Assembly: GCA_964035545.1 (NCBI GenBank)
Contig: CAXIUT010000204.1
Span: 1 to 25,142 of the forward strand
Reading direction: 5' to 3'
Length of the DNA: 25,142 nucleotides
Source: Bugula neritina
Taxonomy: Eukaryota > Animalia > Bryozoa
Shown: in pieces, positions 1-12,701 of the stretch
How positions within the stretch are numbered: position 1 is the stretch's first letter
How the letters are laid out: the number at the start of each line of letters is the position of its first letter
Translations under genes and position numbers: made by a program
The notes under the pieces: model-generated
The model's input: the letters and a program-made list of their open reading frames with translations, nothing else
The model's database searches: none
What the model was told of the DNA's origin: nothing

Positions 1-71
1 CCCAAACCCCAACCCCAACCCCAACCCCAACCCCAACCCCAACCCCAAACCCCAACCCCAACCCCAACCCC
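1..71. repeat. Left telomere, (CCCCAA)n
   Basis: About 12 tandem C4A2 units at the window start, beginning CCCAA, in the correct polarity for a left chromosome end. Two units carry an extra A. Confidence 0.97.
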
Positions 72-454
72 TATATCAAATATTGTATTATATGAATTTG
101 TTAAAGAACTTGTTTTAGTATTTTCTTTTTTTAATTATATCGATTAGAATTAATCTTTTGAAAAAGATCATCTGATTGGTTATTCTGATCTTAATAGAAC
201 ATAAAAATAGAACATATTATTATCAAAACTAAAAGAGTTAATAGTCCAAATATAACTTTTTGCTTTGTTTTTCTTTGTATTTTACTAGTTTTTTTTTTGG
301 TTCTATGATGTTAATATTGATGATTTCATTTGTTAAAAAATTATGGAAAATGATATATAGGTAATCATCAAGTGTAAGATAGCAATCATGAGAAGGTTTT
401 ATTCATGATATTGAGTCTTTATACTTATATGAAATATGTTCTATCACTTAGTCT

Positions 455-993
455 TCATGCATTTGATCTTTCATTCAACCATTTTTCTTATTTTTCAACT
501 ATTTGATAAGCCATAGTATAGTCACCTTCTTTATTGCCTTTTTACTACTTTTTTTGTTGTTTAAACTTAGAAATATTTAACATCTTTTCTCTATACTTTT
601 TTAATTACAAATAAATAAAAAATACCAAGCAGCAAAAATCATCAATAAGAAGGTAAGAGGCATCATGCTACTAAAGATAGGTTTAGCCTATACAGATTGG
701 CACAGATAGCTCAAAATTCGAAGACAGGCATTCGGCAGTAGATACTCCATATCGATAGTCAGTAGCATAGCAGTTGCCATCGCAGACTCTATTTTTGATA
801 GAGCGATAGGACAGTGGGTTACTTCTAGGAAGAGCAAGGTGTTCTGTCATCTAAGCATCTGGTTTGAATGGAATATTTGTTTTGAATATCTATAAATTTA
901 GCAGCAATTGCTTGGGCATTATTATACGATTCCATACCAGTTAGTGGAATGACATTTTTAAGGGGTAATAGTAATATTGTGAAGGAATTTCAT
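455..993 (-). CDS. Possible small secreted/membrane protein, frameshifted in this sequence
   Basis: Protein-like pieces in different minus frames: signal-like FTILLLPLKNVIPL, Cys-containing RCLDDRTPCSS and VCDGNCYATDY, and hydrophobic MMPLTFLLMIFAAWYFLFIC, ending at TGA 457-455. Needs at least two indels or an intron to join, so boundaries are uncertain. Confidence 0.3.
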
Positions 994-1332
994 TTTCTTC
1001 AGTGAAAAGTAAAATATTATTATTATTATTATTTGTCTGTTTTTTTAAGTTTTAGATAAAGTTAGGTTGATTCTTGATAGATTCTTTTATATTGAGTAAA
1101 CTTATTTTACACCTATTGAAGCTAGTATTGATTAAATTCCATGGAATTAAGTTTTTTTACTATGAAAATATCGAACAATTCAATTTTTTACTCTAGCCTT
1201 TATTTTTATTATGAATCGATTAGATCAAAAGTTTTTTTTTCATCTTTTTGAATGTATTTCATTGATAGTTATGATTTTAATATTCTTCCTTAGAAATTGG
1301 GAAGTATAAGCAATAAATTTGTTGAAGCATTT

Positions 1333-1338
1333 AAAAAA
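1333..1338 (-). terminator. RNA polymerase III T6 terminator
   Basis: TTTTTT immediately after the tRNA discriminator base on the minus strand. Confidence 0.8.
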
Positions 1339-1419
1339 TGTAGAGGGCGGGATTTGAAACCCGCGCCCTTTCGGACTAGAGCCTTAATCTAGCGCCTTAG
1401 ACCACTCGGCCACCTCTAC
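1339..1419 (-). tRNA. tRNA-Leu (anticodon AAG)
   Basis: GTAGAGG/CCTCTAC acceptor stem, TGGCCGAGTGGTCTAAGGC D-arm, CTAGA-TTAAGGC-TCTAG anticodon arm, long variable arm. The T-arm GCGGG-TTTCAAAT-CCCGC has one extra T. Confidence 0.95.
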
Positions 1420-1562
1420 TTTCATACAATACTCTCTCTCGAAATATCTTTATCCAAAAGCATCTCCATTATTATTTATCAATATTGATCCTTATTTGAT
1501 TGAGTTAACTCTTATATTTTCAGTATGTGAGTATATTAATATTGAATCAATGAGACAAACAA

Positions 1563-3449
1563 TCATTTGTTTTTAACTGACAGACAATGTAGATGCCCAC
1601 ATCTAGACAATCTTTTCTAAGCCTTGTGAATAGTTTTCTTCAATAAAAGTTGGATATCGTTCTGCGTTGTCTTATCCATAGATCTCGACCATGATATTGT
1701 AGATTTATCTTCTTTCTTTATCTAGCTTCTCTCCAGGGCATTTTTTTCTTCTTCTAATCTTTCTTTACTTCTTTTTACTGTTTCAGTTTATCCTTGCTTT
1801 TGTTCTGTTTTTGGTCTTTTCTTTTTACTCTTTAAATCTTTTCTTCTATTCAGCTTGTTTGGCTTGTTAATCTTTCTTAGCTTTATTGATTGTATCTTGT
1901 TCCTCTTTTTTTTCTTTCTTGATTCTTGCCTCTTCAGCTTTTTTAGCCTGTTCTTCTACTTTCTTTGCCTGATTGATTTTCATCTGTTATTATTTCTTTT
2001 CCTGGTTGATCTTTGCTTATTTCTATTTTTTCTATTGTGCAATTCTTGCCTGTTCTTATTTTTTTCTCTTGTGCAATTCTTGCCTGTTTCTTATCTTTTT
2101 TCTTGGTTAATCTTTGCCTGTTCTTATCTCTTCTCTTGATTGATCTTTGCTTATTTCTATTTCTTCTCCTGATTAATCTTTTTTCTTCTATTCCAAAACT
2201 TTCTCTGCATAAATTTTATCTAAACCAATAAAATCTTATTTAGGATTTTATTCCATAAAAACTTTTCATCTCTATAGCCTCTTTTTTATATTTAAGGCAT
2301 AGCCCTTTCACATACACTATTCAAATATTGTTTCCTTTCCTTTAGGATTTTCACATATCTAGCATATTTTTGAACCAATTAATTTGTAGTTAAACCTGCA
2401 TTTTTGTTCGATTAGTTTCTTTGTAATCCATTTGTTTTTCCTCCAAAAACTATCTTAAATTCCTTAGAGGATTATCTTGAATCGATTAGCAGCTTCTTCT
2501 TATTCTTTAGTCATCTGTTTTTTCTTTCTTTACTTCTTCAACCTGATGAGAAAAGAATTTTTCATAAAGTTATTTCATACTTTTTTTGAACTTTCTTATG
2601 AGAATTACTTTAAATCTTCTTTACTTTGATCAGATTGTGTTAGTGATCATAGATAGCTTCACATTTTTAACAAATAGAATAGTTTTGACATTTTGTAACA
2701 TTGATATCGAATCCCAACTATTGGATTGAGTGAAACAAAATCATGCATTAGTAGTTTTAATGTATCAATAGATCTTCTTTGTTTTAGTTTTGAGGTTTCA
2801 ACAATATAGGCTTTTTATCTGATATAAGGCAAAAGTGATTTGATTTTTTTAGTTGACAAGTGTATTAACTGCATCAGTCATCAGTTTATTGAATTGTTCC
2901 ATGCCAGGATCCTTTTTTCTCTTTTTTCTTTTCATCTTTATTAAGACTTTCTTTAGCAACCTTCTTTTCTTTGCTATTTTTTCTTCTATTTCTTCTATTT
3001 CTTCTTTTGAATTTTATTTCTTTTTTGTTTTTTTCATCTTTTTATGCACTTTTCTTTTCAGATTCTTCTTCAGTTTTAACCTCTATTTTTTCCTTCTTTT
3101 ATGTTTCTTCAATTTTTTCGGGAACTTTCTCTTAAGCTATCTCTTAAGTGATTACCTAAGTAATTTTTATCTTAATTCAAATTAATTTCTTTAGTTGATT
3201 TTTTTTGTTTTTTCTTTGCCTGAGACAAAGATTTTAACATAAGATTTATCTCCTGAGAGGCTTTCCATGACATTGAGATCTTAATTGGAGCCGATAACAA
3301 TTTGATCTCCTTAATCATCAGTAAAGGAAAGGGTGATAGTTTGATCTTTAGAGGTTAATTTCTTTTTCAACATAAGCAAGGATACTAGAATATTCAATTT
3401 ATTCTGTATACAATTTGACAAGTTAGCTATATTTAAGGACCAGCTTCAT
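1563..3449 (-). CDS. PB1-domain protein with E/K/Q-rich repeats (several apparent frameshifts)
   Basis: ATG at 3449 (MKLVLKYSELVKLY). After a +1 shift near 3350 it reads ITLSFTDDEGDQIVIGSNEDL, the acidic OPCA motif of PB1 domains with TAA=Glu. A long charged region and 11-aa repeats follow. The 3' end is approximate. Confidence 0.7.
1790..2215 (-). repeat. Degenerate ~33-bp coding tandem repeat (11 aa, EEQARIAQEKK / EKEAKINQEKK-like)
   Basis: Recurrent ttcttgcctgttcttat / tctttgcttatttctat units on the + strand at about 33-bp spacing. Confidence 0.8.
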
Positions 3450-3682
3450 TTTATATTTGATATAAATTCTTGATAATGAAAAATTACTTATATCACAACT
3501 ACTTACAATTTCTTATACTATCCTATATTTTTAAAAGTATATATAAAAAAAATAACCGATATAGAAGTATAAAATAAAACTAGAATAGTAACTATAAAAC
3601 AAGTTATAATATGTTATTATTGATGTTTTAGTATGATTTTAATGAATAAATAATTAATATTGATAAATAATTCTGAAAGGAA

Positions 3683-4804
3683 TCATTCTGAGAAATGTAC
3701 CTTGTAGACTTCCCAATTCTTAATAGTAAATCTTCCCTTAACATGTCCTGTAAAAGCCTGACTGGATTATGGATTTCTTGCATACTTGAAGTTGTTATAA
3801 CTGATAGGAAATTCAGCATTTGACTTCTCAACATTCGAATTGTCTACAATACAGATATCACAACAACCGAATATAGGTCCTTTGTCTGGATTGCAAGCTA
3901 TAGCGAATTGAGCAAGGTTTAGGTTGAATTTCTACCGCATATCTACTGAAAAGATAAATGAATTCAATGATTTATCTGCCGCCCAGTGCTTTTTAGTGGA
4001 GTTCCAGGCAAGTGGAGTATATCCTCCAATAACTTTGCCATACTCAGTTTAAAGAATAGTGAGAGTATCTGGAATGTTATCACATTTTTTATGGAATTCC
4101 AAGACAGAAAAACCACTTTAACTTGCTCTATAGAGTAGTTTCATAGCTTTCATGGTGGATTTAGTGAAAAGCGAGCGAATGTAGTCGTGTTATTGACAAA
4201 TTTTACTTTAGAAACCTTGAATTTAATTAATTACTGTCGAAACATTGGTTGAGAATGACATTTTATTTTTCTTTCCTTCAGTCATGTAGAGATCTTTGAC
4301 TCTTTAGATGTTAAATTATAAATTTTTAAGAGTTTTTTGGCATTAGTCAACTGAAAAGTTAGTTTATAGGATATTTTATTAATCCATGAAGAGAGTTGAG
4401 AGGATTTGGTTCATATATACTCCTGAAATATTGTTGTAGTTTTATTAGTTGATACGATTGATGAAATTCATGGTTTACGGGTTGAAACCAAAAAGTCCAA
4501 TCCATTTCTTGAAGTTCATGTGTTCTTCTTTGACTTTTTTGATGACAGAAGAGAAAAGATTTTACATTTCTTACTGTAACACAAATAACTATGGAATTTT
4601 AGTGTTAGGATTCTAGCAAATGATGTTATCTAACTATGACCATTTCATTGTTTAGCATTTTTAATGGAAAAGAGCGCATTCACTTTTAGTGACAATTCCT
4701 TGTTAGCACATGAAGGCGGGTTTTCTGCAGTTGGAGTTGATGCAGATCTAGACGCATTTGTTGCCATAGACACAGTCTGGACAGTTTTTAATAGGTTTAC
4801 TCAT
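3683..4804 (-). CDS. TLDc domain protein with N-terminal Cys-rich region (373 aa)
   Basis: Uninterrupted ORF under TAR=Glu. TLDc motifs LLYRASESGFSVLEFHKKCDN, GKVIGGYTPLAW, SFIFS, GPIFG and WEVYKV. The N-terminus has CPDC..C..CINSNC..MC..C..H..C. Confidence 0.93.
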
Positions 4805-5054
4805 TTCTAAATAAATAATTAATCTCTATGATTTTTTAGGAATTCAAATAAAGATCATCTAAATAAATAAAAAGTTATCAAAACAATAGATAAACACTTA
4901 ATTGATAGTTTTCATCAATATATAATTCATTATATATCATTATACCTCTGCTAGGTATCTTAAATAAATTATTTATAAAACCAAAACCAATATTGATGAT
5001 GATATCTACTATCCTAAGAAATAAGATTAAAAAATAAAGTAATATATATTTTTA

Positions 5055-5912
5055 TCAGCGTGAATTAATTTTATTCTAGATACCTTTTCTTCCTGATTGT
5101 ATTTGTCTATAATTTAATTTTTTAGTCTTGAAACTAGGACTCGTACACCTGAAATCAAACCAACTACTTTATTCTATCTTAGTTGGCGTATTTATTTGAA
5201 TTGGACTTGATGGCTACTCAAAATCTTGTGAACTAAATTAACAACTTCTAATTATCTTTGATGCTAGAGAATTAGGAGTTTGTGCTCTTTTTGATTGAAT
5301 ACTTGTTTTAGGTTTATTATTTATTTATTTTTGGAGGTCTAGATAGTGTTTGACTAAAGATCTGTTATTTTTTCTGATAAGAGATGATATATTTTTATTA
5401 TTTTTTACTTTATTTTTATATTTCTCTTGATAATTGTTCATTTTATATCCTTTCTAGTTGATTTTCAAGTTATCAAAATGTTAATTATCCATGATTAAAA
5501 AATTGCCTAAATCTATATAAAAAATACTAGGATTGATAGGATTTTTTGTTACTATCTGATCTTGTTTACAAGTACTATCAGAATTTTGTTCCATTTTTCT
5601 TCTAATTTTATAGCATTAAGTAAAATGATCAACCACAGACACTCTTTCTTTTTTATCAAATATTTGACTAGCCATAGATTATATTTTTTTTTATTTGTTT
5701 TTTAGTTTACTTGATTGACTTCTCTATCTAAATTGAAGGTACTATCTATATTATATGAATACTTCAATATTTTTGATTTAGGGTTCTTCGTTCGATATTT
5801 CTATCAAATTGTTAGTGGCACTGTATTATGGATTGCTTTGTGATAGTTATGATGATTAGAAGAGATCGACTTTGGTTGCTTTGAAGAGTGGTCTTGATCG
5901 ATATGTTTTCAT
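5055..5912 (-). CDS. Hypothetical protein (285 aa)
   Basis: ATG-to-TGA ORF of 286 codons under table 30. No recognised domain. Confidence 0.75.
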
Positions 5913-5995
5913 GTGTTTGATATAACAATAAAATGGTAATGATGTTAATATTTTTGAATTAGATAGATTATGATGATGGTAAATATAATTAACCT

Positions 5996-7666
5996 ATGTA
6001 TTTTACAGATGAAAACCAATTGAGAACTTGTCTGAGTAATGATTGGACGATTCTTATCAAACATATACGTAGAAGATAGGAATTACATGAAATGCTTCTA
6101 ACTAATAATAAACATATTATAGCAAAATAGCGAAATAATGATGATTAGGATGATAGAAAAGAATAAATACAACTATACCAGTAATCATCAAAACGAATAA
6201 TCGAAGAGAACAATAGTATTGAAATCTAATAAAAAGGTATTTTATAGAAATATGTGAATGTGATTACTTCTTTTGAGGAGGTTATTAAATTACTGGCTAG
6301 AATTGTATCTAAAATCATATAAATTACATAGAATCATCTATAAAAACTGATATATTTGGATCAAAATCATTCATAGAGACATAATCAACTCAAAAAACAT
6401 CTGATTACTATGCTCAGTCAAAAATAAAAAATTAATCTGGAACATCTGACCAATTCGATACTTGATTACAGTAAAGGAAAGATGCAGATTTAATTGATTA
6501 GACATTAAAAATTGATTAAGGTTCTTGAATAGAAGTAGTATGGCACTTTGAAGGAAGTATATTGTTATAAATAGCAACCTAAAATAGGTAGTTTATAGAA
6601 AGCACGTGAGAGGATAATTGACCGTCGAAGGGAATATTCACTAAACAAATAGGAAAGATCACTAAAGAAGTATGATCCTGGTCGTAAGCAAAAAGTTAGA
6701 ATATTATAAAATTTGTATAACATTATGATGTTGTCGAAGCAGCAGTTTATTGATGATTATTGTGTGAGTGGTTATGAGAAGAAAGAAAGAATATATCAGG
6801 AGTTGTTTCATAGGAATAGAAAGAATTATGATCATATTGTCAAATTTGGATATCGAGAGGATCTTTTTATTCAGAAGACGTAGAAATTTTAGGCAAATCA
6901 AAATAAATAAAAGGAGTTGAAAGCTATAAAATTATAAGAATAAATAAGTAGAAAAGAATAATATATCAAATAAATACCAGCTACTAATCCTTAAAATAAG
7001 AGTTTTAATGAAGTTTTAAATATGAAAATAAAAGCATAGCAATTCACATAATCAATAACCTTCAATTAGTATTTAGCAACTTAGAGTGAAGCTAAAAACG
7101 ATTAAGAAGAAGATATTTAAAGTAAAAAAAATATTATTACCAGAAAAACAAAGACTAGGTTTCCATCTTTTGTCGGTACTAATAAATAAAGTTAAGATTT
7201 TCCACAAACATGTAATAAAACTCTTCAAACTCAACATCACTAGAGTACATATAGAATAGAAACTAATAAAAAGGACATAAGTTTTTAAGGGAAAGGTAAA
7301 TTACCAGGAATTAATAGAAGAACTTCATTATAAGCTAAAAATCCTTTGAAAATACCAAAAATGAGAAGTTCAAAAGGTACATTCAAACAATAAATAAACA
7401 ATATGGAAGAATAGATACTAAGGACAAACAAAAGGAGATAGAAATGGTTCAATGATGATAAACTAACAACCCAGCGGACAAAAATCATATTGAAAAACGT
7501 TGATGTAGGTATGAATCTCTCAGCTAGAAAGTAAGATTTGATAAGAAAAGAAGAGGTTTCAAGCAGATAGAGAAAAAAGACATAGACTTCAAGGATGTAG
7601 ACGACAGCTTACTGCAAGAGAAGTCTTAATAAATTTTTTGATGGAAAGTTGAATGGATTGGTATGA
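5996..7666 (+). CDS. Hypothetical K/E-rich protein (556 aa; in-frame upstream ATGs back to 5933)
   Basis: 557 codons with no TGA. Start is uncertain and no domain is recognised. Confidence 0.85.
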
Positions 7667-7716
7667 TACTATTATTTTTAATAATGAAAGATAGATAGAA
7701 ATAGTGTTTTAATTGA

Positions 7717-8622
7717 TCATTTAGCTGGGCTGTCTTTAACATTGGGTTTATTTTTGAAAGAGCGAGCTACATTAAGAAATTGTTTATATTTCTTATTCCA
7801 TTTTTATTTTTATTTTAGGTTTTAACAAACTAGATCTTTTTTTTGTGATTAGAGATGATCTATTCTGTAGGTTAGAGATGTATTAGTAGCTAGGAGTTTT
7901 TAACTTGATAGATTTGATTTCTATTTTGGTGACATCTTGTCTATTCTAGTTGTTAGCATGTTATTTCTATCGTATTAGGATCTTTAGAGTAGGCTTTTTA
8001 ATTTTATACAGGTTTTTCTTTCTTGTTAAAATTATTTTTTTATTTATTAAAGTTCCTATAATTAAAGTTATTTTGATCTAAAGGCCTATGATTTTTTTAG
8101 TTATTGTTTTAATTAGATATTCTATTTTTTTAGAGAAGCTGTTATTTAATTAAACCTCCTCAAGGTAACCTACAATAGATTTAGTTGCTAACAGCAACTC
8201 TACATTTTCAAGAACACTTAGAGATCATTTTTTTAATTTCTACCGTCAACTATATTGTTTTTTGATAAGTCATCTAAATTTTTAAGAGAGGGTAAAGTTA
8301 TTTGATCCAGAATTTTTATTTATTAATTTTTACCTAAAACTTCAAGTGACATTTGGTTGATTTTATCTGCGATCTTCATCAACGTCATTTCTAAAAGGTT
8401 GGATTTCTAGACTTCCTGCTTGAGTAATTAGTAGTGAGAGTGCTTTCCAGTGGAGAAGGGGCTAGCTGAACTGGTCTTTGATGTTTCTTGCCTCTATTTG
8501 TTCAATGCTGACTCCAACTTAGCCAGTTTTAGGTTGAGTTTACGGATGATCCTTTTCTGTTGCTCAACTGTAGCTATAAGTTCTATAGATAAAATGGTTG
8601 ATACTGTTCGGGTCGAAGTCAT
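7717..8622 (-). CDS. Hypothetical coiled-coil protein (~301 aa)
   Basis: 302-codon ORF with heptad-like stretches (IATVEQQKRIIRKLNLKLAKLESALNKE). The frame stays open upstream, so the start may be earlier. Confidence 0.8.
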
Positions 8623-8950
8623 CTTATGTGCATGAGGACATAGATTTATCTCTTTGATTGCGAAAGTCCAGTGGTACTTGCAGCATATAAAATATTAATG
8701 TAAAACAAAATAAAGCTCTTCCTTTTAAAACCTTTAAGTGTAGATTAAAAAAAAGATCAGTTAGAGTAAAATTCTTTAAGAAGATGGAAGGATTTCCAAC
8801 TAACCTTCTGTTATTACTATTTAGAAGGAAAGTAGTTTCTAATGGATAATATTTATTAATCACTATAATATTGACTAAATATAATTATTACCTCAAGTCT
8901 TCTGATATTCTGAAATTTTACTTCAATAGTTTATCAAAATATAACTAATA

Positions 8951-10165
8951 ATGAATAAGCTCTAAAATTCAAAAAGAACAAAAAATAAGATCTTAGATAA
9001 ATAAAAAAACAAACCTTCAGAAGAAACAACAGGCTCCATCTTGATCAATGTGTAGTAAATCTTAGTTAAACATTGTGATGCTTTGTAGTCATGTAAAATA
9101 GCTTAATCATCAAAATAGAAAAAGAGAAGTGAGAAGAAAAATGCTAAAGGTTAAAGATAAAAACATTTTTAACAAAAATATTATCAAGAAGATAAATAGT
9201 CAGAAGTTTAGGATAAAAAATAGCAATAACTTAATTCAAAAAAAATAAAATAGATAATGTAAAAGATCCATTTAAAGATAAACAATGAAATAATCAATAA
9301 AAATCGAGAAAATAACAAAATATTCACACAGATAGTAACTAATAAAAAAGATATCGAACGAATAAATAGAGAAAAACAGTTTATTAAATCACAACTATCT
9401 AGTGATTATCAATATAAAGAACCTCCAATGAGTCTTAAACCTAAATTAATTACATAAAAGTTTATAACAGAACCTTATGAGCAAAGTTAACTCTTGAGAG
9501 AGGCGAAAGATTTTACATAGAGAATGAAAGAAGAGCAGTAAAGATTGTGGGGAAGGCTGTTTTTACGAAAGAAGTTGTAATAAAAAAAGAGAGAACTTCA
9601 TTATAAGAAATAAATCAAAAAAGAGGAATTATTAAAACAATTGAAAATTCTTTAAAGATTAAAATCTTCAAAAAAATAAACCAGAAATATGTTTGCTAAT
9701 TCAAGAGTATTACAATAATAAGGATAAAATTAAGATCAAACTAAAAGAAAAAGATATCGAACTTTAGGTCTTGAAGAAAATGATAAAAATTATGATAGTT
9801 CTTTCATCGAGAGTAAAAAAAATATTTATTCATTTAAAAGTGTTACTTAAAATACGAAAAGAAAAGATAATTTGAAGTCTTTAGATGATTTGAAGATACC
9901 TCCTTTGATTGGTTCTAAAAAATTAAAAATCAATGAAAAAGGTCAGAAGTGGAACAATGATGTTGGCATTAGAAATAGGAGATAGTAAATATATAAAAGA
10001 AGTAAAACATAAAATGATGTAAATATTGATTAGATTAATAAAAAATAGGCGAGCTCTTCTATTTATGGTAATTACTAAGATAAAGATGAAGTTATTTAGG
10101 AGGCAGTTCTTCCTTCTCCGATTCGTAAAAGAAGAAAATCAATAAAATATGCGCACAAAATGTGA
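8951..10165 (+). CDS. Hypothetical K/E-rich protein (404 aa)
   Basis: 405-codon ATG-to-TGA ORF under table 30. Confidence 0.8.
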
Positions 10166-10269
10166 TATTTTATATTTTAATACTATTTATATATTAAATT
10201 ATTATTTATACTTATTATGAATGATTATCTGCAGTAATTACGACAAAATATAGGTCAAAAATATATACA

Positions 10270-11573
10270 TCACCATTTAATTTAACTTTATTTGTTAATA
10301 TTTGCTAAAAAAGGATGGCTACTGAGTTAGTATATACTTTTCCTCTTATCAGGAGACTTCTATAAAGCTTTGATCATGAAATCAACAGCTAATTTATTAC
10401 GTATTCCATCATAGCAAACCTATTAGTTGAACTAAATAAACAAAATTTTACTATCTTCTTGATATCTTTAAACTGTGTTATTCTAAAAGGATTCTCATCA
10501 GTAAGAAGCTAATAAGTCATAGCTCCAATAGCCCAAATATCAACAGCTTAATCATAATCTTCCTGGGCTAGCACTTCTGGAGCAAGATAGAGCAAAGTAC
10601 CACAAAAGGTAGATCTCATTTTCTGATTGCAATTGTAGACAGACCATCCAAAATCACATAACTTGATGGTATCAAACTAAATATGATATAAAAGTACCAT
10701 ATTAACAAGTATATTTTAAGGTTTGATATCTCTGTGTATAATTTTATAATTATGTAGATGTTTTACAGCTGATGTGAGTTCTCCGATTATTTTGCTGACT
10801 TTATCACTCATCATTCCTTTTTTAAGTTTGATTCGAGGTTGTGTCATCGTGTTCATCAAATTTTTATCTGTTGCGTATTCAGTAATTAAGTAGATATAGT
10901 TGTCATCTGAGAAGTAGTTGTATATCTTAGTGATATTTGGGTGATTTAGAAATATACAAATTTTTATTTACCTCAAAACGTTGTCTTAGAGATGTAGTTA
11001 TTTGATTTTATGTTTGTCCATTATTTTCAAAGCAAATATAAATCCACAGTTTTTCTAGATTGCTTTGTATACTTCACTATATGTTCCTTATCCTAGTTTC
11101 TAGAATATTAAGAAATCATCAATTGATAATTTATATTACATCTTTTATAACTCCTTTCGATTTTATATTATCATTTCTTAGACCTAATTTGACGTTTTCT
11201 TTTATTCATCGTATAATAAAGACTACTAAAGTTTTAACTATTGGTATTCGCGTGAATATTATCTATGATGTTGTTTTTTAAAACAATTTTTACTTTTACG
11301 ATGATGTCGTTTCGGTTTAAAAGCCAAGACGTGATCGGAACCTAGTGTTGATTGCAGCTATTCACTGAAAAGATCACCTTTTAGATCTGTAAGTAGATTT
11401 AGACTGTCAAAATCTGGAGGAGTGTTAGTTCTTTCGAAGGTATCAGAAAAGCAAGATGATATTTTAAGTCTTTTAAGTTTAGGTTTGGTATAGAAAAACT
11501 ATTCTTTTGATTGGTTGATCACTACAGATGTTTTAAGATGAGGGACAGATGCTGAAAGATGTTTGTTTTCCAT
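10270..11573 (-). CDS. Aurora-like Ser/Thr protein kinase (420 aa, 2 introns)
   Basis: LGEGTYSEVY, FALKIM, LNHPNI, HRDIKPENIL, KLCDFGWS, RSTFCGTLLYLAPE, VDIWAIGAMTYELL. Introns at 10677-10697 and 10432-10451; spliced length is 421 codons. Confidence 0.95.
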
Positions 11574-12070
11574 CAAAATAGTACTTAAATAAAAAATGCA
11601 AATGGCAACACTTTAAATGAAAGGATTTTGTATTGAAAAGGCAGTGAAATAGTCAAACTATAAATAATAAATCTGTCAGAAAGAATTGTAGATAATCTTC
11701 TAACATTATTTTCAAAAATATTTATTATTTGATATCTACCACTTACTATATTTAATTAAAATGTTCCATTAAATAGTATTTTTAACATCATGACACTAGA
11801 TAGTCTTTAACAGTTAGTTTTTGTCATTTAGATATCAATTGAAATAAAATCAATCCAGAATATTTAAATTGATTATTAATTCTATCAAATCTATTATTTA
11901 TAATATGCAAATGACTACTATGTTTATTATACAATGTTTGTAAATGTAGGCAGTCAAGTTTGAAATGAAAAAAGGAATATGAAAATGATGCATATAGATC
12001 TGATTAATTCTGATAAATGTCGTCATCGATTTAGCGCTACAAATGTACCATACTTGAACTGGTCTTATAA

Positions 12071-12526
<456 letters not shown>

Positions 12527-12701
12527 TCATCTCAACATCTATTCTTAAAATCATCAAACTTGTAAAACTCACTATTAAAACTAATCCTTATCATTGATTA
12601 TTAGATTAACTAGTTTGTCTTATGTCATAAAGTTTATCAAATAATATGGAATCTATTTCGAATAAAACTAGTAATATTATATCCATACATTCAGATATCG
12701 A

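Noticed and set aside
1-71. Mixed telomere repeat (Paramecium-like G3T3 variants)
   Set aside because: The variants are longer homopolymers (A3, G5) confined to error-prone regions. Tract 2 and the terminal tract are pure G4T2.
1339-1419. Possible suppressor tRNA reading TAA (TTA visible in the anticodon loop)
   Set aside because: The 7-nt loop TTAAGGC centres on AAG, and the long variable arm fits tRNA-Leu.
1855-3185. Phe/Leu-rich plus-strand ORFs in the supplied track that look like membrane proteins
   Set aside because: Antisense shadows of the K/E-rich minus-strand gene. Most other short ORFs in the track are likewise artefacts of using the standard code.
950-3370. Euplotes-like programmed +1 frameshifting at TGA or TAA-A
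   Set aside because: Many in-frame TAA-A codons elsewhere need no shift. The same kind of insertion affects the tRNA and telomeres, and intact genes dominate the rest of the window.
11824-12051. 76-codon minus-strand ORF in the largest intergenic gap
   Set aside because: With only one stop codon, ORFs of this length arise by chance. No recognisable motif.
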